A stretch of 63,334 nt of DNA, counting the filler, from Reticulomyxa filosa (taxonomy: Eukaryota > Protista > Foraminifera), in assembly GCA_000512085.1 (NCBI GenBank). It is 28 parts of 28 records of this genome, joined end to end, with 100 filler letters (N's around TTAATTAATTAA, not from the genome) between each part and the next. Parts side by side here need not be neighbours in the genome. Positions count along the whole stretch, not along the records: positions 50,592 to 52,151 come from ASPP01012225.1; positions 52,252 to 53,319 come from ASPP01019272.1; positions 53,420 to 54,809 come from ASPP01006044.1; positions 54,910 to 56,593 come from ASPP01011099.1; positions 56,694 to 57,693 come from ASPP01043746.1; positions 57,794 to 60,584 come from ASPP01015090.1; positions 60,685 to 63,334 come from ASPP01037857.1; 21 more parts are not named here. One strand, written 5' to 3'. Under the pieces are notes generated by a model. It was not told where the DNA came from. It ran no database searches and saw nothing but the letters and a program-made list of their open reading frames with translations. Shown piece after piece: positions 51,475-63,334 of the stretch. The translations under genes were made by a program, and so were the position numbers. Numbering within the stretch: the first letter of the stretch is position 1; the number at the start of each line of letters is the position of its first letter.

Positions 51475-51969
51475 ATGTCAAAAATTCCAGACGAGTTTGA
51501 CAAAGAAATTTTGGAAGCATATAACAGTATTCTGGACAATAGAGAGCCGGAACCAGTATTCCGATTGAAGCAATTAATAAGCAGAGCTCGTGAGCCAGTC
51601 TCCCCCGCTTTATCACTATGCTATGCTCTGCTTTCGGATCTATTGCTCGAGCAAGGGAAATTTGACGAGGTGCAAACATACCAAAAAAACAAAAACGTGC
51701 AAACACAGCATGCATTGAATTGGAAAAACTTGTGTCCCCTTCTTTCCCAATTTTATTTTCCAGACATAAAATAATACCAAAAAAAAAAAAAAAAACGCAC
51801 ACACACATACAAAAAAAAGGCATATGCAAATGCCTACATTGCGTACAAGATGGACCCAAAGCGAAAGCAAGTATTGCACTCAATGGTGAACTTACACATT
51901 CCAAGACCGGAAGCGTCCACCGTCAATCCATATGCCAGCGCAGACAAAGCCCTTGGCTTTCTAGAACTG
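51475..51969 (+). CDS. TPR-like protein, 5' exons
   Basis: LCYALLSDLLLEQGKFDE|AYANAYIAYKMDP spliced in frame. Confidence 0.6.
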
Positions 51970-52120
51970 GTAAGCCAAAGTGTCTGATGCATCCTTCTTT
52001 GAATGAGAGGGGGAACATATATGTTTTTTATTTTTATATTTATACTTTTTTTTTTTTTTTTTTTTCCCCTCCTCCTTTCCTCTTTTTTATCACCCTTTTT
52101 ATTATGTCTCTTTGAGCAAC

Positions 52121-52151
<31 letters not shown>

Positions 52152-53804
52152 NNNNNNNNNNNNNNNNNNNNNNNNNNNNNNNNNNNNNNNNNNNNTTAAT
52201 TAATTAANNNNNNNNNNNNNNNNNNNNNNNNNNNNNNNNNNNNNNNNNNNNTGCTTTAATTCGTTCAATGTGCCAATCACTGCTTAGAGATCAAAAAGAA
52301 ATTTACTATTATCATTTATTTCTACTTAATTTTAATTAGGTTGAACGAAGCTTCTCCAATTCTAATTTTGATATTTTTATGATTAAATTTACAATATATT
52401 CTAGCTTTCATTTGTGTTCCGCAACTTTTGTCAAATATAGTTTTTGGCTGTAATGATCCAAGAAAAGAGTAAGTTAGAATGCAAATTTAATCCGTGTTAG
52501 TAATAATAATTTTTTTTGTCACGACCCCAAGCTCATATTACCTTACCCAACCCGAACTCTTAAACGCAGCAGCAAAATAATGTTGTTATAACATTGTTAT
52601 TAAAAGTAAGTTCTGCCAAGTTTTGTATGCACACTTTTGCATCTCAAGAGACGTCTGTCCACAACTCTTTTTCCTTTTTTGGTAACCAATAAGTTGTCAT
52701 ACTCTTGACAAGTGTTGATAATATCTTCCTTAGTATCAAGTATTCTATTTGGTCCTCGAGTTCTGGTCCTTGAGTCATATTAAGTCATAGTATAATGCGA
52801 CATGCAATGACAAATGTGAACATTTTGTATGGTGCAGTAAATATAAGATCTTTTCATTTTGATGTGAGCATAGAGATTGTTATGTAAATCATGGAATGTT
52901 GCTCAATGTAAGCTATGATATTACAATTAATGATTGATTTTTGGCTATGTGATAATATGTAAAGTAATTATGCATGTTGGTCATATGTACGTATAGTTTG
53001 CAATGGTCCATGTAATGTCCGATATATTCATTTTGATCCAGTGACAAAATCAAATTGCGAAAGTATGTGTGAGTTTCATTTCTTCGAGCCGCATTTTTGA
53101 AGAATAAGAGAAAAGAGTGAAAACGATAGGTTTGTGTGAATGTAAACAGAATCGATCCCTATGCTAACACAGTTGCACACTAGAAGCAGAAAGGGAGACT
53201 ATTTCGTCCATCTTCAATGGACGTTGTCATCAATCCTGCAATAAATTGCACAATGATGGAATATGCAGCATTCGACGACAAATACATGGTCGTCGATGTG
53301 GTCCTAGCTGCTAGTCATCNNNNNNNNNNNNNNNNNNNNNNNNNNNNNNNNNNNNNNNNNNNNTTAATTAATTAANNNNNNNNNNNNNNNNNNNNNNNNN
53401 NNNNNNNNNNNNNNNNNNNCTCTTCAAATAGAACATTCAAAAGTAGATAATGCAATACATTTCTTTCTTTTTCTGTTGTTTTCAACAAAATTGCAAACAT
53501 GAAAGACTTGAGAATTGCACAATTTTTATTACTCAGACATAATCATTAAAAGTTCTTTGCTTTTGACTCTTTTTTTAGCTTGTTTCTACTATTGATTGCA
53601 CTATTCGCGGTGGACTCTTTTCTTAGAAGAGGAAGGAAGCGCATGAAACAAAACATATTGTAATTGAGTCTTCAGACAAAAAGGAGCTGAGAATTTCTAA
53701 TTTCTCTTTTGCAAATGCAAACAGGTTGAAAGCAGTAATGATTGATTTTTGTAAGTTTAGATTGATTATCCATTCATCAATAACATAGACTTTTAGAAAT
53801 TATA

Positions 53805-54330
53805 GAATAGTAGTAATGTTATTGGCGGTAATTCAAGTGTGATATGTTCTGAATCACATGATAATAAAATTTGATTTTGGGATATTGAATAATATGTCTT
53901 AAATTTATAGAATTGAAAAGAACATAACGGTAACGAACAAAAATCAAATGGCGATAGTTGTATTAATTTATGGTTATTATTCAATTCGTGTTTGAAGATA
54001 AATACATGTGAATAAAGGCATAAATAAAGTTTGTTTTGGATAAATTTGTTTTATTTCCATTTCCAATTTATTCATTTCAATATTATTTTATGAACATTAT
54101 TACCTTCTAATAAAAAAAGTAGGCAAAGATTTAATTGATATGTAACATTTCACCAAATATTTTGCATAAAATATTTTTTTTAAGGTGGCAAGTAATACTA
54201 TTGTATTTTTCCTTACAATGATACAATTGAATTTATTCACATGCAATATTCTATTGATCAAATGATTGTATTTTCATTTGGTGATAAAACAGTGATTTAT
54301 GGAATGTAAAATTAGGTAAGGAATTAGCAA
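53805..54330 (+). pseudogene. Decayed WD40-repeat fragments
   Basis: VIGGNSSVICSESHDNKI*FWDI and DQMIVFSFGDKTV-LWNVKLGKEL; related to 31211-31417. Confidence 0.6.
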
Positions 54331-54919
54331 AGACTTTTGATTTTGTTATTCTCTAAACCATCTAATGATAACTGCATTCCATAGATCACTCTAACATTGT
54401 CTTTCGCATAACTGCATTTATTATTTTTATCGTTTTTACAGGAGAAAATCTTGATTCTTTTTTTAGATATAAATAAAATCAATTATTATTCTTTTTTCAT
54501 GAGTTTGGTGAAGCTATCACAAAAAAATATTACACTGATTATGATTATCCTTCACAAATACAACGGATTGAATATTTCATACCATATCATGACGATTTTT
54601 GGTCTAGTTTTCCATTTTTTATGTTTTTTTATTTCAATGACTTTGTTATTCAGGATTTAAATTATTGTGAAAGTCTTTTAAATATCACTTATACTAAAAT
54701 GGATAAAGTTTGTGTTCTTTATCTTTACATTACTTGTGATTTTGCTTTATTATTTAAACTACTTAACATGTTGATTATATATTCTCATAATTAAAAGAAG
54801 AAAATAAATNNNNNNNNNNNNNNNNNNNNNNNNNNNNNNNNNNNNNNNNNNNNTTAATTAATTAANNNNNNNNNNNNNNNNNNNNNNNNNNNNNNNNNNN
54901 NNNNNNNNNTTTTTTTTTT

Positions 54920-54950
<31 letters not shown>

Positions 54951-55008
54951 GTGCCTCCAATTCTTTTATTTGTTTTGTTAAAGTTTTGTTTATGTTTTGA
55001 TCTTTCTT

Positions 55009-56593
55009 TTAACCTCTTCCAAACTTGTAAGATTGTGGAATACTTCTGTGAAATGTCGTTGTTGGATGCAATCCTGAGTGGCTCTGTTTCGATATCGGAA
55101 GCGGTTGGTACTGTCCTTGCACGGGCACGTCTCTATTTTTTCGAATATAAATGGAGCGGTTGTGTTGTTGAGACTCCAACGACCGAGATTCTTGCAGGGG
55201 CAGCATGTCAATGTTGTCGATGTCATCCCTGGGCAGTTTTTTTTTGTGAACTTTGTGATCAAAGATAGGAGTAATGTTGTTGTTGTTGTTGTTGTTGTTG
55301 TTATTGCTGCTGCTCCAGTCCATGGCGTTGACTCTAGCAATGCTGCTTTCAAAAGGACGCGAGCCTGGGAAGTACTCGCTGTTGGTATACACGTGGTTGA
55401 CAAGGTCACGGTGACGAAAGGGCTCTTTTTGTGAATGCGCGTGCGAATGCGCGATAATGCGTTCCGGCATCATTTTCGTTGTTTGCGTTTGGTATCCCGG
55501 TGGAGATATGCCGTGGTAGTTGTCAGAGCGAACGATATCTGACAAACTTTGGTTCGGTGGTAGCGACGAGTACGTTTGCACGTATGGGTTTTGAAAGCCC
55601 ATATTTTGATTCGAGCGCACCGACGTTGCCAACTTTATATTATCGCTTTCCTCTGTCTCTGCTGTGCTGGTCAAAATGCTGTATTGTATATACACATATA
55701 TTTTAGTATTAGTTATGTACGTCTTTTTTAAAAATAATAATAAATAGCACATACACACACAACACACACACACATATATGTACATACCCGTTGTAATGGT
55801 TGTCCTCACGTCCATACAGGGCCATCTTCTTTACATTGGACTTGTCCATGTAATCAACGGGGTCGCTCTGGTTGGTACGCTGCGATTCTCCAAAACCGAT
55901 ATTCTTTTTCCTTTGAAGGTATTTGTTGACCTGCCTTTCGTGGTCGTTCTCGTCGCCACTCGTCGATTTCTTCAATGGCTGGTTGTGGTCTCGCCATTCT
56001 ATGTGCTCTTCATGCCACTTGGGAGATTTCTTGGGCTTGTTGCTGCGCTTTATTGTTCTTGCGGGCATGCGTTTTGGAGAAACGACCCTGTCTTCGTCCA
56101 CGGCATTATTATCACTGTTGTTGCCATTGTTATTATCGTCCTCATTCTCATTGCTATTGTAATTGCCATTGTCGTTGTAATTATAATTATCATTGTCATT
56201 GTTATTTTCATTGTTATTGTCATTGTCATTGTCATTGTCATTGTCATTGCCATTGCCATTACCATTGCCATCATCATTATCATTATCATTATCATTATCA
56301 TTATAGTTGTCATTCTCATTGTCTTCACTCAAACGTAGCATCGTTTGGAATGTCAGAGCACTATTGTACGTAAACGGCGGCTCCTGTTCTATTTGTTTTT
56401 TTCCCATTGCTTTCTTTTGTACTTGTCTTTGTTGTCGTGAGTTTGATTGATGCTCCATTTCTTGTCTTAGTTTTCGTTTATGTTTTTGTTTTTGTCTTTG
56501 TTTTTGTTTTTCTGCAACTTCAAACTCTGTTTCTACTTCTTCTATTTGCTCTTCTTCTTCCTCCTCTTGTTTTTCTTCTTCTTCTTCTTCTTC
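55009..56593 (-). CDS. Asn/Asp-rich low-complexity protein, partial
   Basis: Two long ORFs joined across a TG-rich intron; (ND)n and poly-N tracts. Confidence 0.55.
56150..56310. repeat. (CATTGT/CATTAT)n hexanucleotide microsatellite encoding ND/NG repeats
   Basis: Directly visible. Confidence 0.9.
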
Positions 56594-57919
56594 NNNNNNN
56601 NNNNNNNNNNNNNNNNNNNNNNNNNNNNNNNNNNNNNTTAATTAATTAANNNNNNNNNNNNNNNNNNNNNNNNNNNNNNNNNNNNNNNNNNNNTCGGGCC
56701 ATTAAACAATTCATGTATCAATCTTATGCAACCAAATGTTATTTATGTCATAAATGTTTACTGTTTTTTCTTGCGTCTTTACTTGTGCACACTGGATCTG
56801 ATTTTTTGTATTTGTTTCTTACTGAAGTTTATTTGAAAAACACAATTCAATATCTTTTTCTGCCGAATATCTCATCACATCGCTTAATTTTGCAATTGGT
56901 ACGATATTGTTAACATTTTTTGATAAGTTAGCTTGACCTGCCTGCTTTTATTCAAAATTTGTATATTACTCACTAAAAAAAATCCATAAGTATTTTATCA
57001 AAGCAACAAAAAATTATTAATCTTTTCGTTAATCAACAAAAAGAGGACCTTGGATAACAAAATAACCATTTACTACACCAACAACCAACTTCAACATGAT
57101 ATGTCGTAATAAGCAATTCTCGCAAAATCCAAGTGAACTTTGGAACATCTTTATTCTAACAACACACTACTCACTTTCATGATTTGTCTTTCCTCTTTCA
57201 CTTGCTGAATCTTGTTATTTGTTTTTCTTTTATTTGATTTATTATTCTTTTGTTTTAAATTGCTCAAAAGAGCGAAAACCTTTCGTATTACAGTTTGCAC
57301 ACCTCTTTCAGCAGTAAAAAACTCAAAGACCTTTAAAGCCTATATAAAAAACAAAAATCTAAATTAACTTTTTGACCATAACTAAATAAAAAATTAGGGT
57401 AAATGTACCAAAAAATGAATTTTTTGAACTTTAAAAAAGGTTAGTATTGAAAGTATTTTTTTGTATTTGTTTTTGTTTTGTTCAAATTTTCTATGATATA
57501 ATAATTTTAAATATTTAATATATATAACATTGTTAGTACTACTTTATTGAAAACCAAAAATTATATAGAAAAAAATCATTCGAATACTTTACATAGTTTT
57601 GCAACTCTTCAATATCAACAGTTATTTTTAGAGATTCTTGTTGCTGACTCTCAAAAACATGATGTATATGTAGGAAATGCAAATTTACAACATNNNNNNN
57701 NNNNNNNNNNNNNNNNNNNNNNNNNNNNNNNNNNNNNTTAATTAATTAANNNNNNNNNNNNNNNNNNNNNNNNNNNNNNNNNNNNNNNNNNNNTTCCGGT
57801 TTAGTAATTGGACAAATATGATTATATCAGATCAGTGAAAAGATTGAATTTTGAAAAAGAAGATAGTTTAATATCGTTTTAAAATAAAAAAGGCGCTGAA
57901 AGCTATAATTAAAAAAAGC

Positions 57920-59389
57920 ATGGAAAAATTTGACAACAATAAAAAATTGAGAAACCGAAAAAATTTAAATCCTCCAATTAGATACAATTTAGACAGTCTG
58001 ATAGATGAGGAAAAGGCGTATAAAATGTTTTCCTTGCCTCTTGCTTGCGCAATGTTGGCACTCATGCTAGTCTCGTTGTATGTGGGCTGGGGGTATATGG
58101 GACGACTCGGACTACTTAACACAAGCCCTCCAGTGGCAAAAAAAAATGAAGCTTTGTCCTATGCGAATGTGGATTCAAATGCAGAATCCATCGTGAAGAA
58201 TGAGGCCAGCATAAAGATAGGAAAGCCAATACTCGCAACATTTGGCGAAACGTCAGTAATCTATCAATATCCAAATTGCGCTGCAAAAGAAGTCGGGGGG
58301 ATAATATTACTTGCTCACGGGTGTTCGCATAGTGTGACCGATTTTTGGCCCAATTCTTTGGCATGTCCCACTTGTATTGGGTTGCCACAGGAATTAGTTA
58401 ATTGTTCAATTTTTTAAAAAAAAAGGGGAAAAAAGTTCATTTGAAAAAAAAAAAAAAATTCAGAAATTGGTATCAACTTTTTTTGAAGAAGAAATTTATT
58501 GTACTCGCAATAAATAGTCTTGATCGATACACCAAATGTTGGACGAGCACACAGGACGTACAAAACGTAGAGAAAATCTTGTCAAACTTGCGTGCTTCTG
58601 AACAATGGGAATATCCGCTTTTTGCATTTGGTGCTTCGAGTGGCGGCTCTTTTGTTGGTCGTTTGGCCAATGAAAACGCATTTATAGAAAACCAAAAACT
58701 GAAAGGAATTGTTGTGCAAATTGCTTATGTTAATGACTTCCGATCGATTCGCATCCCTATTTTATATAACCTTATGAAATATGATAACGGAAGAGTTTCG
58801 CATATGCAAAAAAATTTTTTGTTGCATATTATATTATATGCTTTGCTCGTCAATTCTTCACTTTTTTTTAAAAAAAAAAAAAAAAAACTAGAAAGAAATT
58901 GTGATGAACGCAGTCGAGGACATGAGAGTGCATCACCAGAAAACTGTCCGCAAATTGGTCCCACTATATCGTGAAAGTGGCCCGTTGCCCATTCATCCCA
59001 CATTTTTTAGTGACAATCTTCCGGGTAAATTTGATGAGCCATCTTCCCAACAATTACACTTGCTGTTTGCTTCTAAAAATGTTATCAATTCGACCGGGTA
59101 CTTAAACAAAGACCCGCGAAAAAATACAGAGTGGAAAGCGATTGTTCGTAGCACATCGTTTTTTGCAAAGTTGCAAGACTCACTACTTCCTGATGAAAGC
59201 CCCTTGAGTGAATTAATGAATGTTGCTTTTGCTTATCATGAATTTACCGCTGAATTTGCATCTGATTTTGCTACATTTTTTACTTTGATCGCCAATAACA
59301 GCTACACCGGAGAGTTTGATCGTTCACATCGCTCCGCTTTAAAGAAAGACGATAAAAAATGGCGCGTTCAAATTGACACAAACGAATAG
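57920..59389 (+). CDS. Membrane-anchored alpha/beta-hydrolase, 3 exons
   Basis: N-terminal TM; ILLAHGCSHS..FWP..CPTCIGLPQE; nucleophile elbow FGASSGG; C-terminal AYHEF His. Confidence 0.8.
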
Positions 59390-59716
59390 ATATATATACT
59401 TTTTAACCGATTGATTTTCATTATTGGTTGTATTGTTTGAAAGATTATGACGTTGTGGTAACAAAACACTGTTCAAAAGACAACGTGTTTACAACACGTC
59501 TAATTTTCTCAATTAAAGATAGTTATTATTTTTTTTCTCAAAAAATTTTTGAAAAAAATATAATAAAGCAACAAATTCAGTTTTAAAGAAGTTTTGTTTT
59601 GATCAGATATTTCTGAAACAAAGTTAAAATGTTGCGATTCATTCCTACATAAGTTTCCCAATTTTTGATTGAATATTTTCACAACGTTATCTAAATTCAA
59701 ATTTGAAGATTGTTCT

Positions 59717-60452
59717 CTATTTTTCTTGGTTTCCTTGTTGTTTTTTCTATTGTAAGTTTTGTTTAGTCAACGAATACACACCAAAACAACGTGTACGAAA
59801 AGTCATCAAAAAAAAAAAGAGTAAAACATTCCGACATGATCGTACCTTTTTGTCTTTATCCTCTGGTGGGGGTTTCACAAATGGCAAGAACTTGGCTCCG
59901 TTCATGTAAGGTTGCTATAGAATATTAATCACACATATATACATGTGAATATTTGTAAATAAGACATCGCTATATCATCCGCAAGGACGTGGGAGAAAAA
60001 AAAAATTAACCAAAGCCTCTGGAACTCGGACTCCATCGTCAGTTTGATAGTTTTCTAAAATGCAGCACAGCGTTCTTGTGGTTGCGACCAAAGCTGAGTT
60101 GTAATTCAATTTGTGTAGTGTTTGTGGTTTGTGTTGTTGCTTTGCTCGATACAAGACGAGGAGAAAAAAGTTTAGAAATGACAAACTTGCATTCAACATG
60201 TGAACGTATTGTTTTTCCCGTTCGTTCATTTTGGGGAAGCCAAATCGTGTTTCCATACCACGGGCTTGGTAGTCAGTGCAATTCGAGCACGAGACTAACT
60301 CACGATAATGTCCCAAGGTCGGAAACCACCCCTCCAAATCGTATTTCTTTGCAGCTGCGTTATTGAGTTCACCGGATATAATATTGACAACATGGTAAGG
60401 AATATTCAGCGATTGATAAAACTCCTCTGCTACTTGTAGCATTTCTTCGTGG
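59717..60452 (-). CDS. SARS: Cytosolic seryl-tRNA synthetase, 3' exons
   Basis: [39 protein letters not shown]|[17 protein letters not shown]. Confidence 0.95.
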
Positions 60453-63334
60453 CTATTAATCGTTTTATTATTATAATAATAGTATTATTATTAGTGCAAA
60501 TGATCAAAGACGCGGGTTTAGATGTTGGATCCCCAATTATTATAACAAGAGAAAAACGAGTGGGAGCGAGAGAGAGAGAGAGAGNNNNNNNNNNNNNNNN
60601 NNNNNNNNNNNNNNNNNNNNNNNNNNNNTTAATTAATTAANNNNNNNNNNNNNNNNNNNNNNNNNNNNNNNNNNNNNNNNNNNNCAGTCGGCGCTTAAGC
60701 GTGGCTCTTTTGGAGCACTTGATATGAATTGAACTATCTAATGTTATTTTTTTTTTCTAGCACCAACTCTGACAATATAAGAGTCTATTGCATATTATTA
60801 CATGCAATTAATTCCAGTTATTGTTTTTTCAAAGGCATAAGTGAAAACCAAATCAGGTCTGTCTGCATATTTGATTTTCTTTTAGATTTAAAAAATTCAG
60901 AAATTTTTTACAATGAACACAATTTGATGACGGTATCAGGTAAGCTGGAGAGACATTTAAATTATTAAAAAAATCAAAAGATTGGAACAAAAGACAACAA
61001 CATTTGAGGCAGGGTGTCACACTTGCAACAGGATATGCCATAAACTTGGCGTTATTTGCTTCAATTCACCTTTCTTGCTGGCACCGCAACCATCACTTTC
61101 TAATATTCGACTGGTACGTGTTGTATTCTTTGAGACCTATGTTACATACGTGTGTATTCATCATACACGCTTCAATTATTTTCTAATCACATCATAAAAA
61201 AATATTATAACTTGGAATACAGGTTGCGCAGCTCACCACTTTCAATCATGAGCACATTACACGGACATGGACCTTCAAATTTTTTTTTTCCAAATTATTC
61301 GTTATGTAAAGAATAATAACATGGTCCATAATCAACGCACTAGGTTGCTATTACTATTATCATTATTGCAGGGTTCACTTCAGCACCAATGACAATATTA
61401 ACAGCAACTTGCCCATTTTTATTCGCACGCCTTTAAAGAGCTATTCAAAAAGTTCAAGCAACACATACTACACATATAAATAAATAATAAATATACGTTA
61501 TAAAGATATTTTATGTTAAATACGTACACATAAAAAAAACTTTTTCAGGCAATGGACCCAATCACGAATTATAGCGTCAGGTAACAGGAAAAAGACAGGC
61601 GCACAAATTACCAACGAAATACCTTGAATCCTTGTATTGGAATGCGCGCTGGTTTCAATGATAATGCTTCAATCAAGTATTCCGTTATTTGGAATAATTG
61701 AACTGACTTGAAGGAAGATATTGTCACTGAAAGGCTCTTCCCTAGAGCTACCATTTCTTTGAGTGGTTTTGTCAATGGCAGACCTTTCCACTTTTCGAAT
61801 TCGGATGATTCGATTTTTGATAACCGAACAATTCGCTCGTATCCACAGCGACGGTGTCTTTGAGGTGAGAGAGGTGAGATGAGAGAAGAGAGAGGGGGCT
61901 CCACTGCTGACATAAAATATTGTTAAATATCCAATCAGCAGGGCCCAGCGCTACTAATACATTGCAAATATCCAAGCCTTTATTTCATTCGGCAAATAAT
62001 AAAGCGATTTTGGAATCGTCGATCCGTTTATTGATTGGCACGGCCTTGTTTCTTTTTTAATAAATGCGCAACAACATTAGCTCTCTTCCGCACACCAACA
62101 CGGTACCCAAATATTGTGGAGCACAAAACGACAGTCCAATGTATTGACATAATTGACAAATGAGTAAAATGAACGTGGACTGTATTTCGTGGTCATCATC
62201 AATATCATTGTTAGCACTGTGCTTGGCGTTGTCACATCCATCCAGTAGCTTCCATTGAGGGGTACTATGTGAAGTAGTCCAAGATAAGAATCCGCAAAGT
62301 CGCTACTTGTGAATGTGAAGAGCCATAACAAAGTAACAGCGACAGACAATCTTTTTTTTCTTTTTTAAATAATTCCAACTACGGCATGCCCTTGAAACAA
62401 TCTTTTTTTAAGCCATCCTCATCTTTTTATTTGCCAATGGTCTTGATTTGAATATCGCAAAATTAGTCCACCAAATTGGAGCCACAACAGCATCGGGAGA
62501 ATAGTTCCATGTGAGTGGCTTACTTGGTCGCCATATGTGATGTTTTCTATAGCGTCCGCATCCCTTTTTTTTGGTCTTCCGTTTTTCCGATCAATCCAGT
62601 CGCTTCTATGTGATGATACCGTGTGTCGATATCGTTTTTTTTTCTGCGTGGTATTAAGTCTTTCTTTATGGATCTTGGTGCAGCCAACTACGAAATCAAG
62701 TTTACCAAGAAAAAATGTCCCAGTTCAATTGAGGACATCTTTCTTCAACTATTCCAATGACATCACATGATGGATATTTTCAAAATGCGAAACTCATCCA
62801 CTCTAGTCGCCCTTATGATGAAGGATACACATTGACATTGGATAACAGCCGTTCTTAGAAATTTGTGCATTCGTCACAATGCATCCATTCAATAATATTT
62901 GGATGAGCGATTCAAGGATGGAGTTAGTGCAATTCCTATTTTGTTCTTCATTGTTTGACGTATTCGTTCTTGGCTTTCTTGACGTTCTGAGTGCCATGTT
63001 CAACGATTTTGAGCTCACTACGCGATTCAAGATTTAAAACAACGTCTATTCGAATCCAACTCAATTTGGCGACTTGCACTTCATTATCATCCAAGTACTG
63101 TAATAGTGCAACCAATACGCCTTCTGTGGCTCACAGTCGATATGGAGACCATCACTGCAAGAGTATAGTGCATTGCGTCTGTCGAATAAGTGATGATAAT
63201 CTTTGCCTAACTGAGCCAGTTTTCTCTATCTCTTTTCACAATCATTAATACTCGCTCTCTCACTATTTCTCACATCAGCAGCACACGGGTGACTAAAAAA
63301 CCAATGTTGCGAATGTGCGTACGCTTACGACCAG

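Noticed and set aside
52252-53319. Cys-rich fragments (CNGPCNVRYIHFDP)
   Set aside because: No sustained ORF or recognisable family.
8889-60684. Recurring TTAATTAATTAA repeat resembling an array or conserved element
   Set aside because: Always embedded in N44 pads, so it is an artificial linker. ORFs ending in XXX..N or XXX..LIN are artefacts, and no cross-contig gene neighbourhood can be inferred.
60685-63334. Coding-like composition suggesting a transposase or large gene
   Set aside because: All frames examined are interrupted and no motif was recognised. Probably a decayed pseudogene but not callable.
1-63334. rRNA, tRNA, CRISPR arrays or telomeric repeats
   Set aside because: None recognised by eye; tRNAscan-SE or Infernal would be needed to exclude small RNAs formally.

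Overview
This window is not one locus. It is 28 short contigs joined by an artificial 100-bp linker (44 N + TTAATTAATTAA + 44 N), so adjacency across a linker means nothing. Most contigs are AT-rich, intron-rich eukaryotic DNA full of homopolymers, microsatellites and decayed paralogues. The gene families (expanded Kelch, WD40 and caspase-like families) suggest a foraminiferan such as Reticulomyxa filosa; this is my recollection of those families, not a search result. Recognisable host genes are a pepsin-family protease with a putative GPI tail, an RNF213/mysterin-like AAA+ protein, Rab7, RRP1/Nop52, NTH1, a USP deubiquitinase, seryl-tRNA synthetase, CAP-Gly, LOTUS, TPR and alpha/beta-hydrolase proteins, and two Kelch proteins. 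Two contigs are bacterial. One is GC-rich (transglutaminase-like, SRPBCC, start of an MFS gene). The other is AT-rich and Rickettsiales-like, carrying an IS1 end, a broken Rep_3 initiator and a broken PI-kinase-like effector. Best leads: (1) a ~35-aa single-exon module attached C-terminally to Kelch proteins and N-terminally to putative WD40 and SPRY-like proteins, like an F-box/SOCS-type E3 adaptor; (2) the pseudogenised endosymbiont plasmid/effector contig; (3) a shared helical header in front of caspase-like or PD-(D/E)XK-like domains; (4) a Tc1/mariner-type MITE reconstructable from three partial copies; (5) introns whose acceptors follow poly-A rather than polypyrimidine tracts.
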